A DNA stretch of 35,519 nucleotides from Methylomarinum sp. (GTDB lineage: Bacteria; Pseudomonadota; Gammaproteobacteria; Methylococcales; Methylomonadaceae): positions 1-35,519 of the forward strand of contig DAOWHF010000223.1 of the NCBI GenBank assembly GCA_030641565.1, written 5' to 3'. Shown piece by piece: positions 1-8,544 of the stretch. The notes beneath the pieces are model-generated. The model was given only the letters and a program-made list of their open reading frames with translations, ran no database searches and was not told where the DNA came from. Positions within the stretch are counted from its first letter, which is position 1, and the number at the start of each line of letters is the position of its first letter. The translations under genes and the position numbers were made by a program.

Positions 1-2
1 AA

Positions 3-80
3 AGCGTTATGAACTGCTTATCATCAATTATTATGGAATCAGAAGACGCTGAAAAAGCAAAAGGCAAGACTACTGAGTAA
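3..80 (+). CDS. 3' end of an unidentified CDS that runs off the window start (partial, 25 codons + TAA)
   Basis: Only forward frame open from the window edge to a TAA at 78-80 (..SIIMESEDAEKAKGKTTE*). A T8 run follows at 105-112. Too short to identify. Confidence 0.25.
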   Translation, partial: SVMNCLSSIIMESEDAEKAKGKTTE

Positions 81-689
81 CCGTACGTAACAGCAAAAGA
101 GCTGTTTTTTTTGTAGACTGGAGTTCGTTCTTCAATCCAGTCTACATTAAAAACTTTTACAGCCTTTAATAGCTCTTTCGACAACAAAATTATTTATGGC
201 TAGGCTTTTATATTCTATAACCAACTTAAACCCAGTGTTATTCAACACCTAGGAACGAACGCGTTCCTTAGCTTACTGCAAGCTAGTATTTGGCAGCTGG
301 TGCAAATAGAAACATAGCAACCAAAATGTCTGTTTGATCTATCGAAAAAACCAGCTTATCAGCAGAAATCTGATTACCCTTAGGAACAAAAAATTCATCT
401 CCCCTCTCCTCCTAAAGCGAAAAATCCTTTCTAAAATAAAAATCACCATAAAAACCATTTAATTATCAGTATATTTCTATTTTTTGAGGCTTTTAGTGTA
501 GAATAAGAGGATTTTCAAAGCATAAAATATTTTTTGCCTTTGGAACACTAAAAACAAGCGCTTTATTTATCGCCTCAAAGCAAGTTAGACCAAACTTTGG
601 ATTGACTCGCCTAGAAGTATAAAGCCCCTTATTATTCATGATAATGAGAGGGTTTACAGTTTTTTTATTTCCATTTTTAGAGTACACAC

Positions 690-2774
690 ATGACAGATCT
701 AGCTCTCTATAGAAACATTGGTATTTTTGCCCACGTTGATGCTGGTAAGACAACAACAACTGAGCGTATCTTAAAGCTTACAGGTAAAATCCATAAATTA
801 GGCGAAGTACATGATGGCGCAGCTACCACTGACTTCATGGAACAAGAACAAGAACGCGGCATTACTATTCAGTCTGCTGCAACATCTTGTTTCTGGAAAG
901 ATCACCGCTTCAACATCATCGACACACCAGGACACGTTGACTTCACAATTGAAGTTTACCGTTCTCTAAAAGTTCTTGATGGTGGTGTTGGTGTATTCTG
1001 TGGATCTGGCGGTGTTGAACCACAATCAGAAACTAACTGGCGCTATGCGAACGATTCAGAAGTTGCTCGTGTTATTTTAGTTAACAAATTAGACCGCTTA
1101 GGCGCCAATTTTTACCGCGTTGTAAAACAAGTCGAAGACGTACTTGGTGCAAACCCTCTAGTCATGGTTGTACCTATCGGTGAAGAAGATGAGTTTTCTG
1201 GTGTTGTTGACCTACTAACTCGTAAAGCATGGGTATGGGATAATTCTGGCGACCCAACTAACTACGAAATCCAAGATGTACCTGCGGATATGGTAGATCT
1301 AGTAGAAGAGTGGCGTGAAAAATTAATCGAAACTGCGGTTGAGCAAGACGACGATGCGATGGAAAAATACCTGGATGGCGAAGAGCCAGACATGGAAACC
1401 ATCAAAGCATGTATTCGTAAAGGCACAATCAATCTTGATTTCTTCCCTACTTACTGTGGTTCTGCGTTTAAAAACAAAGGCATTCAATTGGTGCTTGATG
1501 CGGTTATTGATTATCTTCCATGCCCAACAGAAGTTAAACCACAACCAGAAGTTGATGACGAAGGCGAAGAAACTGGTGAGTTTGCAATTGTTGATCCTGA
1601 GAAACCATTCCGCGCCTTAGCATTTAAAATTATGGATGACCGTTATGGCGCATTAACATTTATTCGTATTTACTCAGGCAAATTAAATAAAGGCGATTCA
1701 GTGATGAATAGCTTTACAGGCAAATCGGAACGTGTCGGTCGTATGGTAGAAATGCATGCAGATGAGCGTATCGAGCTAGACAGCGCACAAGCCGGTGACA
1801 TTATTGCTGTAGTGGGCATGAAAAATGTACAAACTGGACACACTTTATGTGACCCTAAATTCCCAGCTACTCTTGAGCCTATGGTTTTCCCTGATCCAGT
1901 TATCTCAATTGCTGTTGCACCTAAAGATAAAGCCGGCTCAGAAAAAATGGGTATTGCTATCGGTAAAATGATTGCTGAAGATCCATCATTCCGCGTTGAA
2001 ACCGACGAAGACAGTGGCGAAACTATTCTTAGAGGAATGGGCGAACTACATCTTGATATTAAAATCGATATTCTTAAGCGTACACACGGCATTGATGTTG
2101 AAGTAGGCAAACCGCAAGTAGCTTACCGTGAAACCATTACTAAAAGCATCGAAGATAGCTACACACACAAGAAACAATCAGGTGGTTCTGGTCAATACGG
2201 TAAAATTGATTACATCATCGAACCAGGTGAACCAGGTTCAGGTTTTGTTTTCGAATCTAAAGTAACTGGCGGTAACGTTCCAAGAGAATTCTGGCCAGCA
2301 GTAGAAAAAGGTTTTAAAAACAGCATTGATAATGGCGTATTAGCCGGATTCCCGTGCCTAGATTTCAAAGTCACATTATTGGATGGTGGCTTTCACGCCG
2401 TGGATTCATCAGCTGTTGCTTTTGAAATTGCAGCAAAAGCGGCTTACAGACAATCGATCCCTAAAGCTGGTCCTCAATTGATTGAACCAATCATGAATGT
2501 TGACGTATTTACACCTGAAGATCATGTTGGTGATGTGATTGGTGATCTTAACCGTCGCCGCGGCATGATCAAGTCTCAAGAAGCTGGCGTTACAGGCGTT
2601 CGAATTAAAGCTGACGTTGCTTTAAGCGAGATGTTTGGCTACATTGGTGACTTACGCACAATGACTTCTGGTCGCGGACAGTTCTCAATGGAATTCTCAC
2701 ATTACTTACCATGCCCTAAAAATGTGGCTGAAGAAGTAATAAAAGAAGTTCAAGAACGTAACAAAAGCAAGTAA
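690..2774 (+). CDS. fusA: Elongation factor G paralogue (EF-G2 / fusA2-like translational GTPase), 694 aa
   Basis: Full-length ORF with G motifs [18 protein letters not shown] and SAFKNKG. The N-terminus [35 protein letters not shown] resembles the second EF-G of Vibrio-type genomes. It has the domain IV loop [12 protein letters not shown] and GGFHAVDSS, and lies outside the str operon. Confidence 0.95.
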   Translation: MTDLALYRNIGIFAHVDAGKTTTTERILKLTGKIHKLGEVHDGAATTDFMEQEQERGITIQSAATSCFWKDHRFNIIDTPGHVDFTIEVYRSLKVLDGGVGVFCGSGGVEPQSETNWRYANDSEVARVILVNKLDRLGANFYRVVKQVEDVLGANPLVMVVPIGEEDEFSGVVDLLTRKAWVWDNSGDPTNYEIQDVPADMVDLVEEWREKLIETAVEQDDDAMEKYLDGEEPDMETIKACIRKGTINLDFFPTYCGSAFKNKGIQLVLDAVIDYLPCPTEVKPQPEVDDEGEETGEFAIVDPEKPFRALAFKIMDDRYGALTFIRIYSGKLNKGDSVMNSFTGKSERVGRMVEMHADERIELDSAQAGDIIAVVGMKNVQTGHTLCDPKFPATLEPMVFPDPVISIAVAPKDKAGSEKMGIAIGKMIAEDPSFRVETDEDSGETILRGMGELHLDIKIDILKRTHGIDVEVGKPQVAYRETITKSIEDSYTHKKQSGGSGQYGKIDYIIEPGEPGSGFVFESKVTGGNVPREFWPAVEKGFKNSIDNGVLAGFPCLDFKVTLLDGGFHAVDSSAVAFEIAAKAAYRQSIPKAGPQLIEPIMNVDVFTPEDHVGDVIGDLNRRRGMIKSQEAGVTGVRIKADVALSEMFGYIGDLRTMTSGRGQFSMEFSHYLPCPKNVAEEVIKEVQERNKSK

Positions 2775-2790
2775 TTAATACTTAGCTTGA

Positions 2791-2823
2791 AACCCACTTG
2801 CAGCAATGCAAGTGGGTTTTTTT
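2791..2823 (+). terminator. Rho-independent terminator of the EF-G paralogue
   Basis: 12-bp stem aacccacttgca / tgcaagtgggtt with a gcaa loop, followed by a T7 run, 17 nt after the stop codon. Confidence 0.8.
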
Positions 2824-2841
2824 ATGCCTACAGTTTTTCAC

Positions 2842-2876
2842 AAAAAAAAGCCGCTACACCATAAGATGTAGCGGCT
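2842..2876 (-). terminator. Rho-independent terminator of sodB
   Basis: On the minus strand there is a 10-bp stem agccgctaca / tgtagcggct followed by U8 (A-run 2842-2849 on the plus strand), about 70 nt downstream of the sodB stop. Confidence 0.8.
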
Positions 2877-2943
2877 TTAAAAGGTGACAGACAAAACTGA
2901 GTCATTAACCCCAGTTCAAATCACCTCAATATACAAAGCATAT

Positions 2944-3525
2944 CTAAGCAGAAAAATTTGCAGTAGCAAATTCCCAGTTCACCAATGCCCAAAAAGCCTC
3001 TAGATATTTAGGTCTAGCATTACGGTAATCAATATAGTAAGCATGCTCCCATACATCACATGTTAACAAAGGTATTTGCCCCTCAGTTAAAGGACACCCA
3101 GCGTTACTGGTACTTACTAACTCCAAGCTGCCATCAGAATTTTTAACCAACCACGCCCAACCAGAGCCAAATGTTGTTACAGCACATTTTGTAAATTCAG
3201 CCTTGAACTGATCAAATGAACCGAACTTAGCTTTAATAGCATCTGCTAAAGCACCAGATGGCTCACCACCACCATTTGGCGACAAGCTATTCCAATAAAA
3301 AGTATGGTTCCAGATTTGTGCAGCATTATTAAACATTCCACCTTCTGAACGAGTAACGATAGTCTCAAGTGAAGCATCTTCAAAAGAAGTACCTGAGATT
3401 AAGTTATTCAAATTCGTCACATAGGTTTGATGATGCTTACCATAATGAAACTCAAGCGTTTCCTCTGAGATATGGGGTGCTAATGCGTCTTTAGCATATG
3501 GTAAAGCAGGTAATACGACAGCCAT
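2944..3525 (-). CDS. sodB: Fe-superoxide dismutase, 193 aa
   Basis: [43 protein letters not shown] ... [30 protein letters not shown] is near-colinear with E. coli SodB. I place the start at the ATG at 3525, with GGAG 6 nt upstream. The track ORF begins 4 codons earlier at a GTG. Confidence 0.93.
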   Translation of the reverse strand: MAVVLPALPYAKDALAPHISEETLEFHYGKHHQTYVTNLNNLISGTSFEDASLETIVTRSEGGMFNNAAQIWNHTFYWNSLSPNGGGEPSGALADAIKAKFGSFDQFKAEFTKCAVTTFGSGWAWLVKNSDGSLELVSTSNAGCPLTEGQIPLLTCDVWEHAYYIDYRNARPKYLEAFWALVNWEFATANFSA

Positions 3526-3704
3526 GGTTTTCTCCACAATAAAACAAAAATATATAAAAAATACCAGTTATAAATAAATACCCAGTATTTTAATAAAGTA
3601 TTCGTACTTTATCACTGCCCAGCAATTAAATAAAGAAAAATAGAACACCTAGTTCTGTTTATAATTAGCGACCTCTCTTATATAAATAAACAATATAACT
3701 AGCT

Positions 3705-4175
3705 ATGGCATTAGAAATAGAACACAAGTTTTTAATCAAAAATAATAACTGGCAGAAAAACATAAGCCAATCTAGCGAATACAAGCAAGGCTACTTAGTT
3801 AGCGATAAAAAACGCTCTATTAGAGTCCGCATATCTGATAATAAAGCATGGCTTAACATTAAAAGCGCGACAACTGGCACCCATAGACAAGAATATGAAT
3901 ACGAAATACCACTTGACGAAGGAAAAGAGATATTAAACACCTTGTGTGAAAAACCACTTATAGAAAAAACACGCCATCTTGTAGCATACAAACAACACAC
4001 CTGGGAAATTGACGTGTTTAGCGGTGAAAATAGCGGACTCATAGTTGCCGAAATTGAATTATCACAAGTTGGCGAGGCTTTTGAGAAACCCGAATGGATA
4101 GCTGAAGAAGTAACTGAAGATTTGCGCTATTACAACAATAGATTATGCAAACATCCTTATAAAAACTGGAAATAA
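3705..4175 (+). CDS. CYTH-domain protein (CyaB/ThTPase-type triphosphate tunnel metalloenzyme), 156 aa
   Basis: N-terminal ExExK signature (MALEIEHKF). The size and alternating beta-strand pattern, including an acidic ..VAEIEL.. strand, are typical of stand-alone CYTH proteins. The substrate cannot be inferred. Confidence 0.7.
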   Translation: MALEIEHKFLIKNNNWQKNISQSSEYKQGYLVSDKKRSIRVRISDNKAWLNIKSATTGTHRQEYEYEIPLDEGKEILNTLCEKPLIEKTRHLVAYKQHTWEIDVFSGENSGLIVAEIELSQVGEAFEKPEWIAEEVTEDLRYYNNRLCKHPYKNWK

Positions 4176-4232
4176 CACTATAAAATCAAAAACAAATTGA
4201 ATTATCAGTAAAATTACTCTATATTTTACTGT

Positions 4233-4922
4233 ATGAATAAAACAACCATTGTTGCTTTTTTGCTACTAATTAGCAATCACATATCTGCAAATACACTAAT
4301 GCCTGAGATCAATAAAATTGAATCCGAATGGGCAAACATTTATTACAACAAAAGCAACTCAGTGCAGGGAAGCTATTTTCCAGAGCTTTTAAACACAACA
4401 GAAAGACTATGCCTGCGTCACCCCAAGGCCGTTGAGCTAAAAATTTGGCAAGCAATTATCATCGCCACTAACGCAGCCTTCGAAAGCCCATTTACGGCAT
4501 TAGAATCAATCAACAAAGCAAAAAAAATACTCGAACAAACCATAAAAGACAAACCGACAGCTCTTGGTGGAGCAGCACTTGTTACACTCGGAACCCTTTA
4601 CTACATGACACCTGGCTGGCCAATTTCTTTCGGCGACCAGCAGAAGGCAGAGCAGCTACTAAAAAGAGCGCTTAAAATAAACCCAAATAGCATTGATTCT
4701 AATTATTTTTACGCAGATTTTCTACTCAACAAAGGAGACTTAACAAAAGCAGAAAAATACTTTAAGCTTGCTTTAAATGCTCCAAGTAGAAAAAAACAAA
4801 TATTCGCTGACGAACAATTAAAAAAAGAAGCAAAAACCGCTTTACTCAACACAGAACTCAGAAAACTAAACTCCGGGAAAAATAGATTTCTATCACTCTT
4901 CACCAGCGCGAAATCAAATTAA
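4233..4922 (+). CDS. Secreted/periplasmic TPR-like repeat protein, 229 aa, function unknown
   Basis: N-terminal signal-peptide-like segment MNKTTIVAFLLLISNHISA. Helical repeat segments such as KAEQLLKRALKINPNS and GDLTKAEKYFKLALNAP look TPR-like. Confidence 0.6.
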   Translation: MNKTTIVAFLLLISNHISANTLMPEINKIESEWANIYYNKSNSVQGSYFPELLNTTERLCLRHPKAVELKIWQAIIIATNAAFESPFTALESINKAKKILEQTIKDKPTALGGAALVTLGTLYYMTPGWPISFGDQQKAEQLLKRALKINPNSIDSNYFYADFLLNKGDLTKAEKYFKLALNAPSRKKQIFADEQLKKEAKTALLNTELRKLNSGKNRFLSLFTSAKSN

Positions 4923-5031
4923 CTAAAACACCGCTACCACACACTAAATATAAGAAATTCCTATTTATAGAACGCCACTTTCTGCTACTATATTGCTAAA
5001 TTTTTTATAACTCTATAACTCGGAAACCACC

Positions 5032-5355
5032 ATGACATTTGTCGTAACAGAAAACTGTATTAAGTGTAAATTTACTGATTGCGTTGATGTATGCCCTGTA
5101 GACTGCTTTCATGAAGGACCTAATTTTTTAGTCATTGATCCAGATGAATGCATCGACTGCACATTATGCGAACCTGAATGCCCAGCAAACGCTATTTTTG
5201 CTGAAGATGAATTACCTGAAGGCCAAGAGCCGTTTATTGCCATAAACGCAGATCTAGCCAAAACATGGCCAATTATTACTGAAGTTAAAGACGCAATGGA
5301 AGGAGCTGATGACTGGAATGGTAAAGTCGATAAAATTGATTTACTAGAAAGATAA
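5032..5355 (+). CDS. fdxA: 7Fe ferredoxin (Azotobacter FdxA type), 107 aa
   Basis: Cysteine clusters [17 protein letters not shown] and [12 protein letters not shown]. The length and N-terminus [13 protein letters not shown] are typical of FdxA. Confidence 0.9.
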   Translation: MTFVVTENCIKCKFTDCVDVCPVDCFHEGPNFLVIDPDECIDCTLCEPECPANAIFAEDELPEGQEPFIAINADLAKTWPIITEVKDAMEGADDWNGKVDKIDLLER

Positions 5356-5442
5356 TAGCAATGGCCTTCAGACCACTAACAAGTGGAACCATCCACCAAC
5401 ACTGAAGGCTAAATTATTACCCTCAAGAATTTTTCTACAAGC

Positions 5443-5477
5443 AAAAAAAAACCGGTTTTAAACCGGTTTTTTTTTGG
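5443..5477. terminator. Bidirectional rho-independent terminator shared by convergent fdxA (+) and rplQ (-)
   Basis: The sequence a9-ccgg-ttttaaa-ccgg-t9 forms a symmetric hairpin flanked by an A-run on one side and a T-run on the other. It lies between the two convergent stop codons. Confidence 0.8.
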
Positions 5478-5492
5478 ATATACCTAATTAAA

Positions 5493-5876
5493 TCAATCTT
5501 CTGAAGAAGATTCCAACTCAGGTCTATCAACAAGCTCAACGTAAGCCATAGGTGCTTTATCACCTGTTCTGAAGCCACACTTAATAACTCTAAGATAGCC
5601 ACCAGGACGATCCTGATATCTTGGACCCAACTCATTGAACAACTTAGTTACCACATCACGATCACGTAACTTAGCAAACGCCATACGTCGCTTAGAAACA
5701 GAATCTTCTTTAGATAAAGTTATTAAAGGCTCAGCAAATCCCCGCAACTCTTTAGCTTTAGGTAATGTAGTTCTGATCAACTCATGCGTGAACAATGAAG
5801 TTGCCATATTACTAAACATAGCCTTACGATGACTACTATTTCTATTTAATTGTCTTCCTGTCTTACGATGTCTCAT
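5493..5876 (-). CDS. rplQ: 50S ribosomal protein L17
   Basis: [21 protein letters not shown].. matches the E. coli L17 N-terminus. It is the last gene of the alpha operon. Confidence 0.97.
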   Translation of the reverse strand: MRHRKTGRQLNRNSSHRKAMFSNMATSLFTHELIRTTLPKAKELRGFAEPLITLSKEDSVSKRRMAFAKLRDRDVVTKLFNELGPRYQDRPGGYLRVIKCGFRTGDKAPMAYVELVDRPELESSSED

Positions 5877-5893
5877 TTCTTTAGACCTTAATG

Positions 5894-6904
5894 TTAAATT
5901 CCAGTTTGGCTTTGCTCAACCAAGTTCTCAGGCGGCCAGTTTTCAAGACGCATACCTAAAGACAACCCCTTTAAAGCAAGTATATCTTTAATCTCAGTTA
6001 GAGATTTCTTTCCGAGATTAGGAGTCTTCAATAACTCAACCTCAGTACGCTGTATCAAGTCGCCAATATAAAAAATATTTTCTGCCTTTAAGCAATTAGC
6101 TGACCTAACAGTTAATTCCAAATCATCTACAGGTCTCAATAGAACTGGATCAAACTCAGGCTCTGCAGGGACAGTTTCTTCAACTATTTTTTCATTAACT
6201 TTTTCAAAATCAACAAACACTGATAGCTGATCATGTAAAATTGTAGCTGCTAACTTTACTGTTTCCTCAGGGTCAACAGTTCCATTGGTTTCCAACTCAA
6301 TTATGAGCTTATCCAAATTTGTACGTTGCTCAACCCTAGTGCTTTCAACGCTGTAAGAAACCCGGTTAATTGGACTATAAGAAGCATCTAAAGCCAAAAC
6401 ACCAACAGGAGTAGTCGAAGAGGACTGCTCCTTTCTAATACTTGCTGGAATATAGCCTCTATTACGCTCAACCTTTAACTTAACATTCAACTTACCAGCA
6501 TCCGTTAAGTTAGCTAAAACTAAATCAGGGTTAACTATTTCCACATCATGCGGCAATTCAATGTCAGCAGCTGTAACAACACCAGCCCCTTCTTTGGACA
6601 AGTTTAATTCAACCTCGTCTTTAGAATGTAAAATTATAGCTAGTTTTTTTAGGTTCAACAAAAAGTCAATTACGTCCTCTTGAACCCCATCAATTGTAGT
6701 GTATTCATGCTGAACACCTTCAATTTCAACTTCACTAACTGCACATCCAGGAATAGAAGATAACATTACTCTTCTTAGAGCATTCCCTAAAGAATGCCCG
6801 AAACCTCTCTCTAAAGGCTCTATAACTATTCTTGAATGATTTACGTTATGACTGACTACTTCAACCAATTTAGGTCTTAGTAAACCAGCAATAGTATTCT
6901 GCAT
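5894..6904 (-). CDS. rpoA: DNA-directed RNA polymerase subunit alpha, 336 aa
   Basis: [25 protein letters not shown] and the C-terminal domain [21 protein letters not shown] are present. Its position is between rpsD and rplQ. Confidence 0.97.
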   Translation of the reverse strand: MQNTIAGLLRPKLVEVVSHNVNHSRIVIEPLERGFGHSLGNALRRVMLSSIPGCAVSEVEIEGVQHEYTTIDGVQEDVIDFLLNLKKLAIILHSKDEVELNLSKEGAGVVTAADIELPHDVEIVNPDLVLANLTDAGKLNVKLKVERNRGYIPASIRKEQSSSTTPVGVLALDASYSPINRVSYSVESTRVEQRTNLDKLIIELETNGTVDPEETVKLAATILHDQLSVFVDFEKVNEKIVEETVPAEPEFDPVLLRPVDDLELTVRSANCLKAENIFYIGDLIQRTEVELLKTPNLGKKSLTEIKDILALKGLSLGMRLENWPPENLVEQSQTGI

Positions 6905-6924
6905 AGTTTATATCTCAGTATGAA

Positions 6925-7545
6925 TTATTTTGAATATAGCTCTACAACTAACTGCTCATTCATATCAGCACCTAAATCAACACGATCAGGAAGCGATTTA
7001 AATACACCAGCCATTTCCTTAAGATTTACTTCAACCCACGAAGGAAAACCATATTGTTCAGTGACAGTTAATGAATCAACGATTCTTTGTTGCTTCTTTG
7101 ACTTCTCACGAATTTTAATTTCATCACCAACACTCACTTGAAATGAAGCAATGTTTGTGATTTTATCATTAACCAAGATTGATTTATGAGCCACTAATTG
7201 ACGCGCTTCTGCACGTGTACTAGCATAGCCCATTCTATAAACGACGTTATCAAGCCTAGACTCAAGAAGATTTAAAAGGTTAGCACCTGTAGCACCTTTC
7301 TTTAAATCGGCTGTTTTATAGTAATTTCTAAATTGCTTTTCTAAAACGCCGTATATTCTACGAATTCTTTGTTTAGCACGAAGCTGAAGAGCGTAATCAG
7401 AGCTACGCGTTCTACCTGTTCCGTGCTGCCCAGGTCTTTGTTCTAATTTACACTTTCCTTCTAGTGACTTTCCTCTGCTTTTTAACAGAAGATCCGCACC
7501 TTCTCTACGACTTAACTTACAAGTAGGGCCAAGATATCTTGCCAT
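6925..7545 (-). CDS. rpsD: 30S ribosomal protein S4
   Basis: [19 protein letters not shown].., 206 aa, in alpha-operon order. Confidence 0.97.
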   Translation of the reverse strand: MARYLGPTCKLSRREGADLLLKSRGKSLEGKCKLEQRPGQHGTGRTRSSDYALQLRAKQRIRRIYGVLEKQFRNYYKTADLKKGATGANLLNLLESRLDNVVYRMGYASTRAEARQLVAHKSILVNDKITNIASFQVSVGDEIKIREKSKKQQRIVDSLTVTEQYGFPSWVEVNLKEMAGVFKSLPDRVDLGADMNEQLVVELYSK

Positions 7546-7562
7546 TTCAATGCTCCAAAAAT

Positions 7563-7949
7563 TTAAACGCGACGCTTCTTAGGTGGACGACAACCATTGT
7601 GAGGAATAGGTGTCACGTCAACAATATTATTGATTTTGAAACCCAGATTATTTAACGACCTTACAGCTGATTCACGACCAGGACCTGGGCCTTTGATCAT
7701 AACATCAAGGTTCTTCATGCCATATTCTAAAGCAATAGTACCAGCTCTTTCTGCTGCAACTTGCGCTGCAAAAGGCGTACTTTTACGAGAACCTCTAAAA
7801 CCAGACCCTCCTGCTGTAGCCCAAGATAAAGCATTACCTTTACGGTCACTAATTGTCACGATTGTATTATTAAAAGATGCATGCACATGAGCTATCCCAT
7901 CTGCTATTTCTTTTTTTATACGTTTTTTTGCACGTTTTTGAGTTGCCAT
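7563..7949 (-). CDS. rpsK: 30S ribosomal protein S11
   Basis: ..[46 protein letters not shown].., 128 aa. Confidence 0.97.
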   Translation of the reverse strand: MATQKRAKKRIKKEIADGIAHVHASFNNTIVTISDRKGNALSWATAGGSGFRGSRKSTPFAAQVAAERAGTIALEYGMKNLDVMIKGPGPGRESAVRSLNNLGFKINNIVDVTPIPHNGCRPPKKRRV

Positions 7950-7973
7950 TTTACTTAGCCTTTACGGGGTATC

Positions 7974-8330
7974 TTATTTTCTAATTGGTTTACGAGGACC
8001 TTTACGAGTACGAGCATTTGTTTTAGTGCGCTGACCTCTTAATGGCAACCCTCTACGATGCCTAATCCCACGAAAACAACCCAAATCCATCAATCGTTTA
8101 ATATTCATTGAAACTTCACGACGAAGATCACCTTCTACAGTCATTTTAGAAATAACTGCACGGATAGTTTCCAATTGATCTTCAGAAAGCTCACTTATTT
8201 TTACAGTTGGCTCTATTTTAACTTGTTCACAAATTTGTCTAGCAGTCTGACGACCAACGCCATATATTGCGGTCAACGCGATTTCTGCGTGTTTATGGTC
8301 TGCTACATTGATTCCGGCAATACGTGCCAT
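7974..8330 (-). CDS. rpsM: 30S ribosomal protein S13
   Basis: [26 protein letters not shown].., 118 aa, first gene of the alpha operon. Confidence 0.97.
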   Translation of the reverse strand: MARIAGINVADHKHAEIALTAIYGVGRQTARQICEQVKIEPTVKISELSEDQLETIRAVISKMTVEGDLRREVSMNIKRLMDLGCFRGIRHRRGLPLRGQRTKTNARTRKGPRKPIRK

Positions 8331-8405
8331 CTAGATACTCCTAGTTCGGTATTCTAAAGTTAAGCGCGCAAGTATAGCATAACAGTATATTCTGCGCAAC
8401 AATTT

Positions 8406-8519
8406 TTATCCTTGGCGTTGCTTATGACGTCCATCTTTACAGATAACGCGTAGTACACCATTTCTTTTGACTATTTTGCAGTTTCTACAAATCTTTTTTA
8501 CTGATGCGCGAACTTTCAC
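8406..8519 (-). CDS. rpmJ: 50S ribosomal protein L36 (zinc-ribbon C3H form), 37 aa, GTG start
   Basis: Not in the ORF track because it is too short. The reverse complement reads GTG AAA GTT CGC .. = [45 protein letters not shown] lies 6 nt upstream, and it sits in the canonical slot between secY and rpsM. Confidence 0.92.
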   Translation of the reverse strand: MKVRASVKKICRNCKIVKRNGVLRVICKDGRHKQRQG

Positions 8520-8544
8520 GACATACCCTCTTAATTAAATTAAA

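Noticed and set aside
251-308. Three adjacent hairpins as a tRNA-like cloverleaf or degraded tRNA
   Set aside because: There is no closing acceptor stem and no GTTC-type T-loop. The middle hairpin has a 5-nt loop, or a 7-nt loop without U33. It is not a tRNA.
631-650. Fur-box-like AT-rich sequence attattcatgataatgagag upstream of the EF-G paralogue
   Set aside because: Only the TGATAAT core matches the 19-bp Fur consensus. Both flanks mismatch, and the dyad symmetry is poor.
638-712. 24-codon upstream ORF ([24 protein letters not shown]) overlapping the fusA2 start out of frame, as a possible leader peptide
   Set aside because: No SD-like sequence precedes its ATG, and I could find no associated alternative hairpins. 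There is no evidence beyond its existence.
493-759. 88-aa minus-strand ORF overlapping the start of the EF-G paralogue
   Set aside because: It has no SD and a low-complexity, unrecognisable sequence. It overlaps a confidently called gene on the other strand and is typical of a chance ORF in AT-rich DNA.
8366-8397. Imperfect hairpin in the rpmJ-rpsM spacer as the S4-responsive alpha-operon operator
   Set aside because: On the transcribed (minus) strand the stem has a bulge and a C-A mismatch, leaving only 5 + 4 bp. The E. coli operator is a nested pseudoknot that I cannot recognise here. The position is suggestive, but the evidence is too weak to call.
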